A stretch of DNA of 63,916 nucleotides, filler included. It is 12 parts of 12 records of this genome, joined end to end, with 100 filler letters (N's around TTAATTAATTAA, not from the genome) between each part and the next. Parts side by side here need not be neighbours in the genome. Positions count along the whole stretch, not along the records: positions 47,186 to 51,236 come from SRR7504441_15177; positions 51,337 to 55,457 come from SRR7504441_15199; positions 55,558 to 60,797 come from SRR7504441_15213; 9 more parts are not named here. One strand, 5' to 3'. Shown here piece after piece: positions 49,367 through 60,897 of this stretch. Position 1 is the stretch's first letter, and each line of letters begins with the position of its first letter. Both the position numbers and the translations under genes were made by a program. The notes below the pieces were generated by a model, which was not told the origin of the DNA, ran no database searches, and was given only the letters and a program-made list of their open reading frames with translations.

Positions 49367-50917
49367 ATGGGTTTCCTCTGGATTATTGGTGTGGTGTTGG
49401 TGATCACCGCCTCCTCGGGGAGCTCGGTGGGCATCATCCTGATGAAGAAATCTTTCGGGGATACTGGGGAGCACCTGACGTGTTGGGACACGTTAATATG
49501 GATGGGGGGGTTAGCGATGATGATCTGCGGCGCGATCCTCGACTTTGTGGCGTTTGGGTTTGCCGCGCAGAGTCTTATCGCGCCCTTGGGCTCGGTCACG
49601 CTGATTTGCAACGTGATCCTGGCCCCGCTTATGCTTGGGGAGAAGGTCAAGGCCTCGGACTGGGTGGCCTCAATAGTGATCGCGACCGGGTGCACGGTGG
49701 CCATCGCCTTCGGGGATCACGACACCAAGACCTACAAGTTCGACGATTTGATGCAACTTTACCACTCGGCCGCCGTGATCGCCTACCTGCCGCTCGTGGG
49801 GACGATAACGGTCGCCTGTTTTGTGGTCAACTACTGCATAGAGAAGCCAGCTGTGGTGCAGGCGCAGGAGCAGCTCGATAACGAGATTGCGCTCTCCAAC
49901 GTCAAAATCGACAGGAACGAGCTCGCTGAGGAGGCAGAGGCGAGTGAAGGGGTGGAGGGGGTGGAGGAGGGGGTGCAACTAGAGCTCCCGGGCGGGTTCA
50001 TGCTTAACATGAAGGACGACCAGGAGGACGGCGCAGCGCTGGAGGAAGCGGAGCCGCTTTCGCCTACTGCCAAGGAGAGCACAGCGAAGGGCAGCCCACA
50101 GGAAGAGAAAGCAATACAGACTGATGGTGAGGAGGAGGACAGGTTCAACCTCACGCCTCAGCGAATCCTGCCGTTCATTCAGAGCAATTTGCGCCTGTTC
50201 CATGGATTCAACTATGCCGCAGCTGGAGGGCTGTCAGGCTCGTGCTCTGTTATGTTTGGAAAGTCGATCGCAGAGATAGTCAAGCCGTGCTTCACCGAGG
50301 GAGATGCGAGCGGCTGGAAGCGGTACGAGACCTACCTGATCCTGCTGGCCATGGCGTGCACGCTGTTCGTACAGATGAAGGGCTTGAACATGGGTCTCGA
50401 GTTCCACCCTGCTGTGTTCATTGTGCCGGTGTACCAGACATTCTGGATCATGGGCTCGATCATCGGCGGGGGGATCTACTTCCAGGAGTTCTCCGGCCTC
50501 GATGCTCTGTCGGTTGCGATGTTCTGCACTGGTGTCGGCTTCACAATAACAGGCGTGTACATTCTGACTTATTTCCGCTGGGACGAGGAGACAGCGAAGT
50601 TCAACAAGGAGTTCGGGCTGGCCAACGACGACAGCCAGGACACGCCCAAGCATGGGGAGGACGAGGTGGTCCCGGGTGTGGCCGTGTCTGACGACTTAAG
50701 AAGTTCGGACGACGTTGCTCCTGATCAGCCACCCACTATGGGCGGTGTAAGGATCCCGAATCCTCTGAATCCGACCCCCTCGCCGGACTCGTCGCTGACC
50801 GATTCTGAGGACGCTGCGGCTGAGAAGAAGAGCAAGGCGGAGATGCGCAAAGCGCGGCTGCTGAAATCCAAGCAGAACAAAGCGAAAGAGGAGGAGGAGG
50901 AGGAGGTTGAGATCTAA
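49367..50917 (+). CDS. NIPA-family Mg2+ transporter (DMT superfamily), intronless
   Basis: WMGGLAMMICGAILDFVAFGFAAQSLIAPLGSVTLICNVILAPLMLGE, LNMGL..FIVPVYQTFW..GGGIYFQEF. Long acidic loop. Confidence 0.92.
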   Translation: MGFLWIIGVVLVITASSGSSVGIILMKKSFGDTGEHLTCWDTLIWMGGLAMMICGAILDFVAFGFAAQSLIAPLGSVTLICNVILAPLMLGEKVKASDWVASIVIATGCTVAIAFGDHDTKTYKFDDLMQLYHSAAVIAYLPLVGTITVACFVVNYCIEKPAVVQAQEQLDNEIALSNVKIDRNELAEEAEASEGVEGVEEGVQLELPGGFMLNMKDDQEDGAALEEAEPLSPTAKESTAKGSPQEEKAIQTDGEEEDRFNLTPQRILPFIQSNLRLFHGFNYAAAGGLSGSCSVMFGKSIAEIVKPCFTEGDASGWKRYETYLILLAMACTLFVQMKGLNMGLEFHPAVFIVPVYQTFWIMGSIIGGGIYFQEFSGLDALSVAMFCTGVGFTITGVYILTYFRWDEETAKFNKEFGLANDDSQDTPKHGEDEVVPGVAVSDDLRSSDDVAPDQPPTMGGVRIPNPLNPTPSPDSSLTDSEDAAAEKKSKAEMRKARLLKSKQNKAKEEEEEEVEI

Positions 50918-51336
50918 ACTTGTATAGTAGATCAATACCAGATCTGGCCGAGGAGTGCTTATTCCAATTTGTGGCAAGAGTGGCGCAAGAATTGTTCGGG
51001 TATTTTTGGATCGATTGAGTTTGATTATCGTGTAGCTATTGCTCGTGTGAGATGATCGAATTTGGTTGAGTTGCCATGGACCGAAACAGTTCATTAAGAC
51101 GTGTGACTATTGTGCATATATTTAAATGTCATAGACTGGAAGTTTACGCTTCGTCGACGATGGGGCTTCATTGCTTTATGGAATTAACTGATTTTTAATT
51201 TGTTTATGTAGCTACTCGCCTCCGTGAGTAGCGCTCNNNNNNNNNNNNNNNNNNNNNNNNNNNNNNNNNNNNNNNNNNNNTTAATTAATTAANNNNNNNN
51301 NNNNNNNNNNNNNNNNNNNNNNNNNNNNNNNNNNNN

Positions 51337-53154
51337 AGAGCTAATCGGGCTGCTTCCTCCTCTGCCGCCTTCACTTTTGCGGTCTTCACCCTCGCTGCCT
51401 CCTCATCCACAGCAGCCCTCAGCATGGCTGCCGTCTCCAGCTGCGCCTTCAGCCGCGCGGCCTCCTGCTGCGCATACAACCGTCGCTCCTGCGCAGCTCT
51501 CAACCCATCACCAGCTTCCTCTCCAATCCGCCTCTGCTGCCCGCTCTGATCAAGTGCGCTCAGCCTCGCCGGCCCTCCTGCCTCACTACGCCCTGGGATG
51601 GATACCAGGTTCGGTACTGTTACTGGGCTGACGGAGCTGACCTCGAGTTGCAGTATCCTCTCTTGCGCCCGCTGCCGGTGCAACGCTTTACGCTCCAGTG
51701 GAGAGCGGTCTCTAGTCGTGGAGTGTTGCTCTGCACCGAGCCCTTCTTGCACAGCCCGGACTTGTACAGCCATGTCGTCTGCTCCAGTCGTCTTATGTGA
51801 GACCGGCGCTGTAGCAGCTCTGCCATTGTGTCCAGGCTGCTGCAACGAGCTCGTGGGCCGTGAAATCTCGGCCGGCCGCATTAGCCTCTTAATTTTATCC
51901 TGGCTTTCCCTGGAATCGGCCTCGATCTCGGGCTTTGCCGCTGCTGCCTCTTCTCTGGAGGACCGTTGCCCTCCTGCCTCCTCTCTGCCAGGTGTACTCG
52001 CCCGCTCGAACGCTGCTGACACCGCACGGTCTGTTGCCTCCTGCTTTGACGCCTGCTGTGCCTTTCCCAGCAGCGTCTTTGCGACCTCTGCAGAGACCTT
52101 GGGCTGTCGAATGTACTCACCGTTGGGCTCCAGTTCACCCCCAAGCCTCCCAATCCCAACCGGGCGCTCCTCAAGCCCAGCTTCTACTGAAGCTGGCCGC
52201 ACCGCATTCTCGATCTTTTCACCGCTCCTTCGCTCCGGCATCCGGCCGGCCAGAAGCAATGCCGAGGGTGGACTATCTTGAGTGTGCACTGCACCGTCGG
52301 CCGCCTCCCCCGGCTGCTGCGGCAGTGGCCTGCTCTGCAGCCGACCATTCGCACTCTTCGGTGACTGAGCTGGCTCCCCCTGGCCCGGCTGTGACCCTGA
52401 GGTGCCCAACACTGTACGGCTCCCACAGTCCGGGCGATTTTGAGAGTCTCCCGGCTGCCCCTCCGCCTTCTCCGCTCCAGCGGCCTTGCGGTAGAGTCCC
52501 TGCAGCCCGGCGATCTCGTCATCGAGCTCGGCCACGCGCCGCTCCAGCGCCTCCCACTCATCCGGCGAGTCCTCCCTCATCATCCGCTGAGCCAGCGCCG
52601 AGAGCTGCTCGTTCTTGGCCTCGATCTCGGCCTGAAGCTCCAGGCTGGACCGGCCCAGCCCACCATCCCCGGGCACAAGCTCGCTGATCCGCATAGATTG
52701 GCCGTCTGGTGGTACCGGCGGCTCTCGCCAGGCGCACGAAGGTTCGTCGCAATTGCACCGCTCGTTCCTGCCGGGCGGGCGCTGGGTGTTCAGGGTGAGC
52801 TGGTGCTTGTGGGACGAGACCATCGTGTCCAGCTGGAGCGCCCGAGTGTGCAGCCGATCCTGCTTGGCGGCTCTGGACGAGGCGGGCAGAGGCTCCTCGG
52901 ACACCCGTGCCAGGGCGGTCTCGATGTCACAGAGCTTGCTGTTGGCTTGTTGGAGCCACCGCCGGAGCTGCCCGGGGCACCATGAGGCCATCCCCGGCAT
53001 GCCAGCCTGCCCCCCCTTTGCTAGGGCAACCTCCCCCACTGATGAGCAGGTTCTCAACGGCCGGTTGTTGTTGCTCGTCTGCTCGTCTCCGTCGCAAATT
53101 GAACGGGTCACCTGGAGGATGGATCTGGCGTGTGAGCTCTGCTTGTATCGACAT
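51337..53154 (-). CDS. Hypothetical low-complexity/coiled-coil protein, 3' partial; start uncertain
   Basis: About 590-codon open frame with coiled coils and an AEEEAARL-type tail. No recognisable catalytic domain. Confidence 0.55.
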
Positions 53155-53663
53155 GGTGATCTCGAGCGGTCTCTTCAATAGCCCTCGCAGACACCTGCGC
53201 GAACCGTAAAACATGGAACAAGATGTATCTATTGGACAAAATAAAGCTCATTGGCTCGAAAAATTTGCGGCCGTTGGGGTCCTATTGCCGGTGTTGGAGC
53301 TGACGTAGGGTCAACCGGATCAGCTTTTCGAGGGTCGAATGAATCAAAGTGCGAGGAACGGTGACGACTCGGCCGAGACGGTCGAGTATGATCATCGTCT
53401 TGCGGCTATCGTCAGTATTGCCGGAGGTTGGGGGACCGCTGGAAGACTTTCTCGCTTTCTGGCCGCTCGCGCGCAGGAGCTTGCGGGCTACTTGCGGGCT
53501 CTTGCCATCTCAGATGGTGAACCCAGATCAAACTTCAGTTGGTGCCTAGCCGGGTTGCCAGAGGATGAAGATATTTCTGGAAACCATGATGCATGTCAGT
53601 GCCGTTGCTCTGCTAGAGGCAGGCGTTCACCACTTGGACGGCCGATTGTTTTAACGGATAGAT

Positions 53664-55457
53664 ATGGCGCTAAGCGCGGACGACGAGGCGCACCGGGCGG
53701 GCGCGGTGTTCGCAGCGGCGGCCGAGGGGGCGGACGGGCTGCCGCGGGCGACGCTGTCGCGGCTGACGCACGGCCGGCCGTTGCCGGAACTTCCGGAGAT
53801 CGTCAGTTTGGAACAGTTCCGGGCGTGGCTGCGCGAGAGCCCGTCGATCGCCCGGCGGCTCAACCACCTGGAGGCGATCCCAACGGAATTCAACGGAATC
53901 TGACGGCAACGGGCAGGTCCAGCTCGGGCCGTTGGACCGTCGGGTGGGCAACCCGCCGCTGACGATGCTGGCGCCGCTCAGTGAGTCGCTGCACGCGGGC
54001 TCGTGGCCCGAGCTGGTGGCCGGTGCCCGGGTCGTGGCCGACGCCTACCCCAACTCGCCGCGGGTGGCTATAAATAGACATTAACGGTAATCTCACAACG
54101 GACACAGGCGTTGCTCCTGCTGTGCGCGGGGCTGCTCAACGGACAAACAGCCGGCCGGTCCGAGCTGACGGAAGCGGTCAGAGCGGCTCGGCGGGCGGCG
54201 AGGTGTCTGTTACTGCTGCCGGGGGCGAGGCTGGGGCAGGTTGCGACCGTTAGATAAACCCGGCTGGACCTGGCTTTGCCGGGCCGGGAAGCAAGCCGAT
54301 CTGCCGCGGGTGAGTAACTGTTGGCGCCGACCCGTGACATCGCCCAGGTGGTGGTTGAGGCGACTGCCGGGCTGGTCCAGTGCTGCCCTGACGACCTCGA
54401 GGCGCGGTGCCGTTAAATCGCGCAACGGACGTTTGTGAGCCGGAGGCAGATATAACTATGCCAGGGCGTTACGAGAAACCAACCCAGCGGAGGCGATCAA
54501 GGCTTTCGAGGAATTATTAGAAATCAGCCCGGGTGTCTAACGGATTTTCCGTTGGACTGACTGAGCTGCCAGGGCACGAGCGGGCGGCATTCAAGCTGGC
54601 GGCGCTCCGATTAAAGAGCCAGGTTAACACTCTTTGATTAGTGAATAATCGTGCTGAATGGATCTGCAGGTGTCGGGAGCCGCTGCGGTGCCAGAGAAAG
54701 TGCCGCGAGCGAGTATCGAGTCGATGTACAATTGGTGACCGCCCGATTGCTTGTTTAGTCCCGATGAATTTTATTTTTAATTAATTAATCCGGCAGGTAC
54801 GCAGAGAAGTTCGACTCTCATCTGGTGGAGGCACTGGAGTGACTCAACATTTAATCCGTTAATAATCAGTTATTTAACTGCAGGTACAAGACGCCGGCCG
54901 CCATGAGCGCCGTGGTGCAGCAGGCAGCCAGCCGGGCCGGCCGGTCAGCCTTGGTTCTGACCAAGCCATTAAGCCGCTCTCTGCCAGGCTAGAGCCGTTC
55001 CGATGGAAGAAGGCCGCTGACCTCGGGTGTGGGACTGGGCTGAGCGGCGCGGCGTTCCGGGAGGTGCTGGGCGGGCCTGGCTGGTTTGACCAACCCAACG
55101 GCAGCTAGTGGAGCGGCTGGAAGGTGTAGACCTCAGCAGCGCGATGGTCGGTTATTTGAATTCGAATTTGATTTTAACCGTTTGGCGCGGCACTGAGGTG
55201 CAGCAGGTGGCCAAGGCAGCGGCGCGGGGTGTGTACGATCAGCTGGCGGTGGGCGATGTGGTCGAATACTTGACGGGCGTCACTGGATTTGATCTTGTAC
55301 TCGCGTGCGACGTCATGGTATATATCGGCAACCTGGCACCTGTGGTCGCGGCAGCCACGGCCGCGCTCGAGCCCGGTTTGAATTCAAATCCGACGGTTGG
55401 GCCTGAATTGCCGGCGGTCAGGTGGTTTCTTGGCGTTTTCGACCGAGCGAATGGAAG
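53664..55457 (+). CDS. TPR-containing class I SAM methyltransferase (COG4976-like), intron-rich, 3' partial
   Basis: Spliced motifs SMYN.YAEKFDSHLVEALEY, DLGCGTGLSG, LEGVDLSSAM, FDLVLACDVMVYIGNL, GFLAFSTE. Confidence 0.82.
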
Positions 55458-55780
55458 NNNNNNNNNNNNNNNNNNNNNNNNNNNNNNNNNNNNNNNNNNN
55501 NTTAATTAATTAANNNNNNNNNNNNNNNNNNNNNNNNNNNNNNNNNNNNNNNNNNNNCGTCGCAGGTTGCCCATCGATCCCAACGGTCTTACGTTGGGGG
55601 ATGGTGAAGCTCAGTGCGGCGACGCTGCTAGGGCTTGCCTGGCGATCTGCGGCATGGAACTCGACGGTGAACGGGACGACCGCGCCGCCGCCACATCCCT
55701 GGCCTCTGGCCGGGGTCTCAATGCACTAGGAATCAGTTGTTGGTGCGACATCGACGAGTATATTACGATAATTAATGTTA

Positions 55781-55794
55781 TACTCGTACGAGTA
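55781..55794. repeat. 14-bp palindrome TACTCGTACGAGTA (copy 2)
   Basis: Identical to 13281-13294. AT-rich region 3' of the histidine phosphatase gene. Confidence 0.85.
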
Positions 55795-55847
55795 AAAGCA
55801 CCAGCTGAATAGTGTTTGCAATAAGTTTTCTCCCTTGCAATAAGCTA

Positions 55848-57094
55848 CTAAAGCCCGAGCGCCTCTCGGAGCTTACCGGCCACCTCCACGCGAGGCAGCC
55901 GCTCATCCATCTTCACTCTAGCCGGCCTCGGCTCCTGGCTCTGATCCCCAAACACGGGCAAACTCGGGTCGGCATAGTCCCTGAATCCTTGATTCAACCG
56001 CACAACCTCACACGTCTCCGTGTCCACATACGTGAGCGACAGCATCGCCGGCGAGCTCTCGTTCCAGGCCGTGAGACTTTCCACCGCCGCGAACGCGCCG
56101 GCCTTCTCGAGGACTGCTTCCCTCACTAAGTCGACCACTCGCTCACGAGGCAGGCTGGCTAGCTCGCCCACAGGACCAAACTCGGCCTCAGCCTCGCGCA
56201 GCCCCCGGACGAGCGCCTGCTGCATCCCGAGCGCCACCTGTAGCGGGCCGCCATGCGTCTGAAGCAAGACACTACCTTCCCCCCCACCCCCCGGCAAAAG
56301 CTGACTGGCCCACACATCAACCAGCAGATAGCCCACGCGCAGGCAGACGGCCGACCAAGGCTCCACCCGGTCCCGCTGCCCGGCAAGGTTGCCATAGACC
56401 TGCCGCCGCACAGCTCAGCCTAGTCCCGCCATTTACTCACAGTGTCGAGGCCGAGTTCGGCTGGTGGATCGTGCGCCCAGCGCTGCCGGACTGCCACAGG
56501 CAGCTTGTACAGCTCGAGCAGTCGGCGGGTGCAGCCGGCCTGCTGGATCAGTCCGTCAGCCAGCCTGCCCACAGGCTGCTGGGCCGCCCCAGACGAGAAC
56601 CACCGCCCGCCCTGTCCCCCGTTAGCCAGCAGGTCGGACCGGGCGACCTGAGCCAGCACCGCCGGGTCTAACAGCTTCTCGGGCGGCAGGCTGGTGTGCA
56701 CCTCCCCGGTCTCCGGGCTGGTGAGCACGCTGGCGCCGTCCAGGTGCTCGGCGAGGCAATAGTCTACCCAGACGGCAGCCCCACGCTCGCTGGCAAACCC
56801 GGCAACGGTCTGGAGGCACCGGAGGTAAGGCGAGCAGAGGACGAGCTCGATCGGCGGCTCGGCCGACCCGAGCAGCTGCGGGGTGTAGCCGGCGGCCGTC
56901 TCGAGGCCCCGCTTGCATAAAGAGGAGCTGAACGACTTCTGGCCCTGAGACCGGCGGCCGTGCCGGAGCATGTACACGCGGGCGGCCCCTGGGGCGTGAG
57001 GGAGCAGCCGCCGCAGGTCGACCAGCTCCCGGGCTTGGGCCCCGGCGCTCTCCGGCGGCCCCGAGCTGGCGTCCACCTCAGCGCAGCATCCCAT
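55848..57094 (-). CDS. Histidine phosphatase (phosphoglycerate mutase-like) family protein (1 intron)
   Basis: VYMLRHG, LCSPYLRCLQT, LAE, VLLQTHGG. A GTGAGT..GGCAG intron joins ORFs 56420-57094 and 55848-56411. N-terminus is MGCC. Confidence 0.8.
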
Positions 57095-57169
57095 CGACTC
57101 GAGTCCCTTCTGAAGTCCGTTACTGAATCAGAGAGCAAGCGGGATCCCTTGCAGCAGGCACACAGGCGG

Positions 57170-57850
57170 ATGGGCGACCCGCTCGACTGCTCCGGGGCCG
57201 AGTTCCGTTACGCCCGGGCCGCGGTGACCAACGCGGAGGCCATGGTCCAGCAGGCCCTGGCCCAGGCCCGCCGGGCCGCCGTCCCGCCCCCCCGGCCCCC
57301 GCTAGACCCGCTCGGCCAGTCATTCACCGCCCTTCTGGCCGCCGCCCCGCCGGCCCAGCCGCCAGCCTGGCTGCTCGAGCGGGAGTACCAGCGGGAAGTC
57401 CGCCGGGTCCGGGACCGTGTCGGCTCCGACCATGCGGCCGAGCGTCGGGCCCGGCGGGCGGAGTACACCGGGCCGTACGGCCGGCACCTGTGGCGCGAGT
57501 ACGAACGGACGGCCGAGATTGTGGGCCGGCGGGTGGGCGCGGAGCAGCGGGCGCGGCAGGAGGCGGCCCGGGTGCTGTACGCCGGGATGGCCGGTGGGGC
57601 TGGGCGGCGGGAAGCCAGGCGGAGGGAGGTGGTGGCGGGGGAGAGAGTGGAGGCCCTGCGCAGGCAGATGGCCGAGGTGGTGGCCGCGACCGAGCGGCAC
57701 CGGGAGGAGCGCGAGAGCGAGCGGCGGGCGCTCGAAGAGATGCACTTGGCGCACGAGCAGGCCAGGCAGCGCGAGGCGGCGCAGCTGGCTGAGCTCCGGC
57801 GCGAGGTCGAGCTGGCCGGTGGCGATTGCGGCGACTGGAGCTCTGGGTGA
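57170..57850 (+). CDS. Hypothetical Arg/Glu-rich coiled-coil protein
   Basis: Open frame divergent from the phosphatase, with CCGTTA (57117) in the 75-nt gap. Confidence 0.55.
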   Translation: MGDPLDCSGAEFRYARAAVTNAEAMVQQALAQARRAAVPPPRPPLDPLGQSFTALLAAAPPAQPPAWLLEREYQREVRRVRDRVGSDHAAERRARRAEYTGPYGRHLWREYERTAEIVGRRVGAEQRARQEAARVLYAGMAGGAGRREARRREVVAGERVEALRRQMAEVVAATERHREERESERRALEEMHLAHEQARQREAAQLAELRREVELAGGDCGDWSSG

Positions 57851-58074
57851 GGTAGACACATGTCTGTTCGATCGAGCTTGAGCTCATTTCATCAATTAAA
57901 CGATGAAAGTGCCGCACGTTTTTGGGGGGTTTATTGGCGTACAAGGCGTAAGCTGTATTGTTGTATTGCTGCCATTTGCTGGGTGCATGACTGAACTGAT
58001 CATCCACGGCGCGTTGACAGCCGCTGATTCATTTGGCAACAGTGGCAAGGGGACGTGGCTGAACCGGCGGAGCA

Positions 58075-60623
58075 ATGCAGAACGCGGCGGAGAACATCGC
58101 GTACTACGGGTCGGCGATCGGGTCAGTGGCCGGGACGCTGGCCCAGTCGGTGGCCTCGTATGCCCAGCCCCGGCCGCAGAGCTCGCTGTGTACACTCGGG
58201 TGCGCCGAGATCCTCAAAGTGTCCCAGGCGCTTCAAGGCATCTTTGCGGCGGCCGAGGAGAGCAGCCTGGCCATGCCGGAGCTCCCGCAGATAGTGGTGA
58301 TAGGCGGCCAGAGCTCGGGCAAGAGCTCGCTGCTCAACGGAATCATGGCGGCCGACATCTTGCCGCTAGGCGAGCAGATGGTCACTCGCACTCCGCTCCA
58401 TCTGCACTTGGTCAACACGCCGGGCGGTGCCCCTCGCCCCGGGCCGGCTCACGGAGCGGCCAGCCATGCGTGCCGAGTTTGGAAGCTTTGCGCAGGGCAG
58501 CTGGGCGCCGCACTGGGAGCAAGGGCTCACTGACCCCAACCCGGCCCCGGAGGCAGCGGCGGGCAACGGATAGAACTGACGGCAGCGGACAGGAGATTGA
58601 GGCGATTCGGGCCCAGATCGAGGCCGAGACCGAGAAGCGGGCCGGCTCGTTGAAAGGGATCTCGAAAGAGCCGATCTTCCTGAAGTAACGTGCCCGGGCC
58701 TGCTGGTGGTGAAGCACGGGTCAGGATTTACTCGCCGTACGTGCCGGACCTCTCGCTCGTCGACTTGCCCGGGCTGACCATGACAGCGCTCACCGATCAA
58801 GGCCAGCCTGCTGACATCCGCGAGCAGATACAAGACATGCTGAGTGAGTATGCGAGGAGCGAGCGTTCGATCGTGCTGGCGGTGGTGCCGGCGCGGGCGG
58901 ATATGGAGGCTGATATGGCCTTGCACTTCGTGAGGGAGTTTGATAAGCGCGGCGAGAGGACAATAGGGGTGATGACCAAAGTTGATTTAATGAACGCCGA
59001 TACGGACGTATCTTGCTACGTGCACGGGTCCATCGCGAAGGCGTTGCAGCTCAAGTACGGTTACTACCTGGTCAAGAACAGGAGCACCAAGGAAGTCAAG
59101 CAAGGGATCACGGTGCGGCCCGCCCGAGGCACTGCCGAACCTGTGTGGGGCAGGTCCACCAAGGGTTTTGTGCGGAGAAGAACTTTTTTGACAAGCATCC
59201 GGTGTACAGTCGGCTGGGTCACTCAGCAAGGCTAGGTGTCCCACCGCTGGGAGAGGTGGCGGCCGAGTCTGTCCCGCAGTCACCGGGGGGCAGGCGCTGT
59301 CGGGTATTCTAGTGGAGCAGCTGCGGGTGATTGTGAGCTTCGGTGCACCGTCTGACGCTGGAGGCAGGTGCACTTGCCTTCGATTATACACGAGATCGAC
59401 GAGCTTTCAAGCTCAGCCTCCACCGATCTCGCCGCGATGGGCACGGGAGTGCCCTCGGACCCGGTATGTTCTAAATATAGCCACTCGGTGGGACTGAATA
59501 AGACATTGCGAGCAGGTGGCGAGGACCAACTTGATTCACGTGACAATAGCAGAGTTCTCTCGTGACTTTGTGGCGGCGCTCGAGGACCAGCGGGTGGACC
59601 TGCAGCACAACGTGGGCCGGGCGATCAAGGACTGCTTCATCGACTGCCGGGCCAAGATCGCTCAGATCAATCCGTTCACGCCGGAAGACTTTACCGATGA
59701 GTATATCCAGGACGGGATCCGAGACTGCGAGGGGAACCACCTCTCGTTCCCTATCCCTCCAGTAGAAGTGCTCGAAGTGCTGCTCAAAGACTCGAAGAAG
59801 CGGCCAATCCAGAAGCTGGCCGCCCCCGCTAAAGACTGCCTACAGGTGCGGCCCCGGTCGCGGGCGGCTGCTAGCTGGTTGGTAGGCGGTTTACGAGCAG
59901 CTCTGCCGGCTGGTAGATCAGCTGCTGGCTCGGGCGTCGGTGTCCCGCTTCCCTGGACTAGTGAAGCTGATCAAGGACCAAGTGATTGGCTCGGTTCTAC
60001 ACAGAGTGCCGCTCGCGCTGCTGAATCCCAACTGAGCCCCTGGCAGGCCAAGGCTGAAGCGGCGGCCGAGCTCTCTCGGCTGGTGGCTGTTTCTGCTGGT
60101 CAACCTATTAATATGCCGGTTAGGTCACTATGGAGGAGAATTACATATTCACGGACGATCCTGAATTCCTGCAACAGCTGCACTCGCTGTGTGCTGTGGA
60201 TCCACACAAGCCGAGCAGGCAAGCAGGTTTCTTCCCGGACCAGATGCGTGCCCTCCTCCAGGTGCCTCCTGCGCGGTGGGCGGGCCGAACAGTCCGTTAG
60301 GCCTACTTCCGGACGGTCCAGCTGAGCATTCAGAACTCAGTGCCCAAGGTTGCTGCCAGCTAAGTCGAAGGCGGAGGCTGGGGCAGGCGATCATGCTATG
60401 CTTTGTGAAAGCGTCGCAGCATGACCTGTGCTCGGTCATGTTTGCGGGTGTGGCCGCGCCAGGCCGGACCGCGGCCGATCTAGTGGACGAGCCTCCCGAA
60501 GTTCAGCACAAGCGCGATAGGTGCCGCCAGGCTCTGAAGGGTTGGGTGAGCCGCTGTGTCAGGCTGGCGGCCCAGCTGACGAGCTTGAATGAGGCGCACG
60601 CAGTGCTAAGCTCGCTGCTCTAG
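58075..60623 (+). CDS. Dynamin-related GTPase (no PH domain), intron-rich
   Basis: LPQIVVIGGQSSGKSSLL, MVTRTPL, LSLVDLPG, RTIGVMTKVD, KNRS, GED-like C-terminus (VPK.IM..FV..LVDEPPEV..KR). Includes GC-AG intron 58553-58592. Confidence 0.92.
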
Positions 60624-60897
60624 CTAGGAGCTTAGGTGTTCAGACTGTTGTTTCAGACTGTTGTGGAATCCCATATGGATTAGATACTGTAAAATTTCAT
60701 GCATCTCAGATGAAGATTATTATAAAAAACGATTGTACGTACATGATTGTACTCGTAATCTCGTATTTTGTAGCTGCACAATGCGGGTGTGCAGCTGNNN
60801 NNNNNNNNNNNNNNNNNNNNNNNNNNNNNNNNNNNNNNNNNTTAATTAATTAANNNNNNNNNNNNNNNNNNNNNNNNNNNNNNNNNNNNNNNNNNNN

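Noticed and set aside
55558-55812. Short plus-strand ORF at the contig start
   Set aside because: Probably a terminal exon, but its frame and identity cannot be determined.
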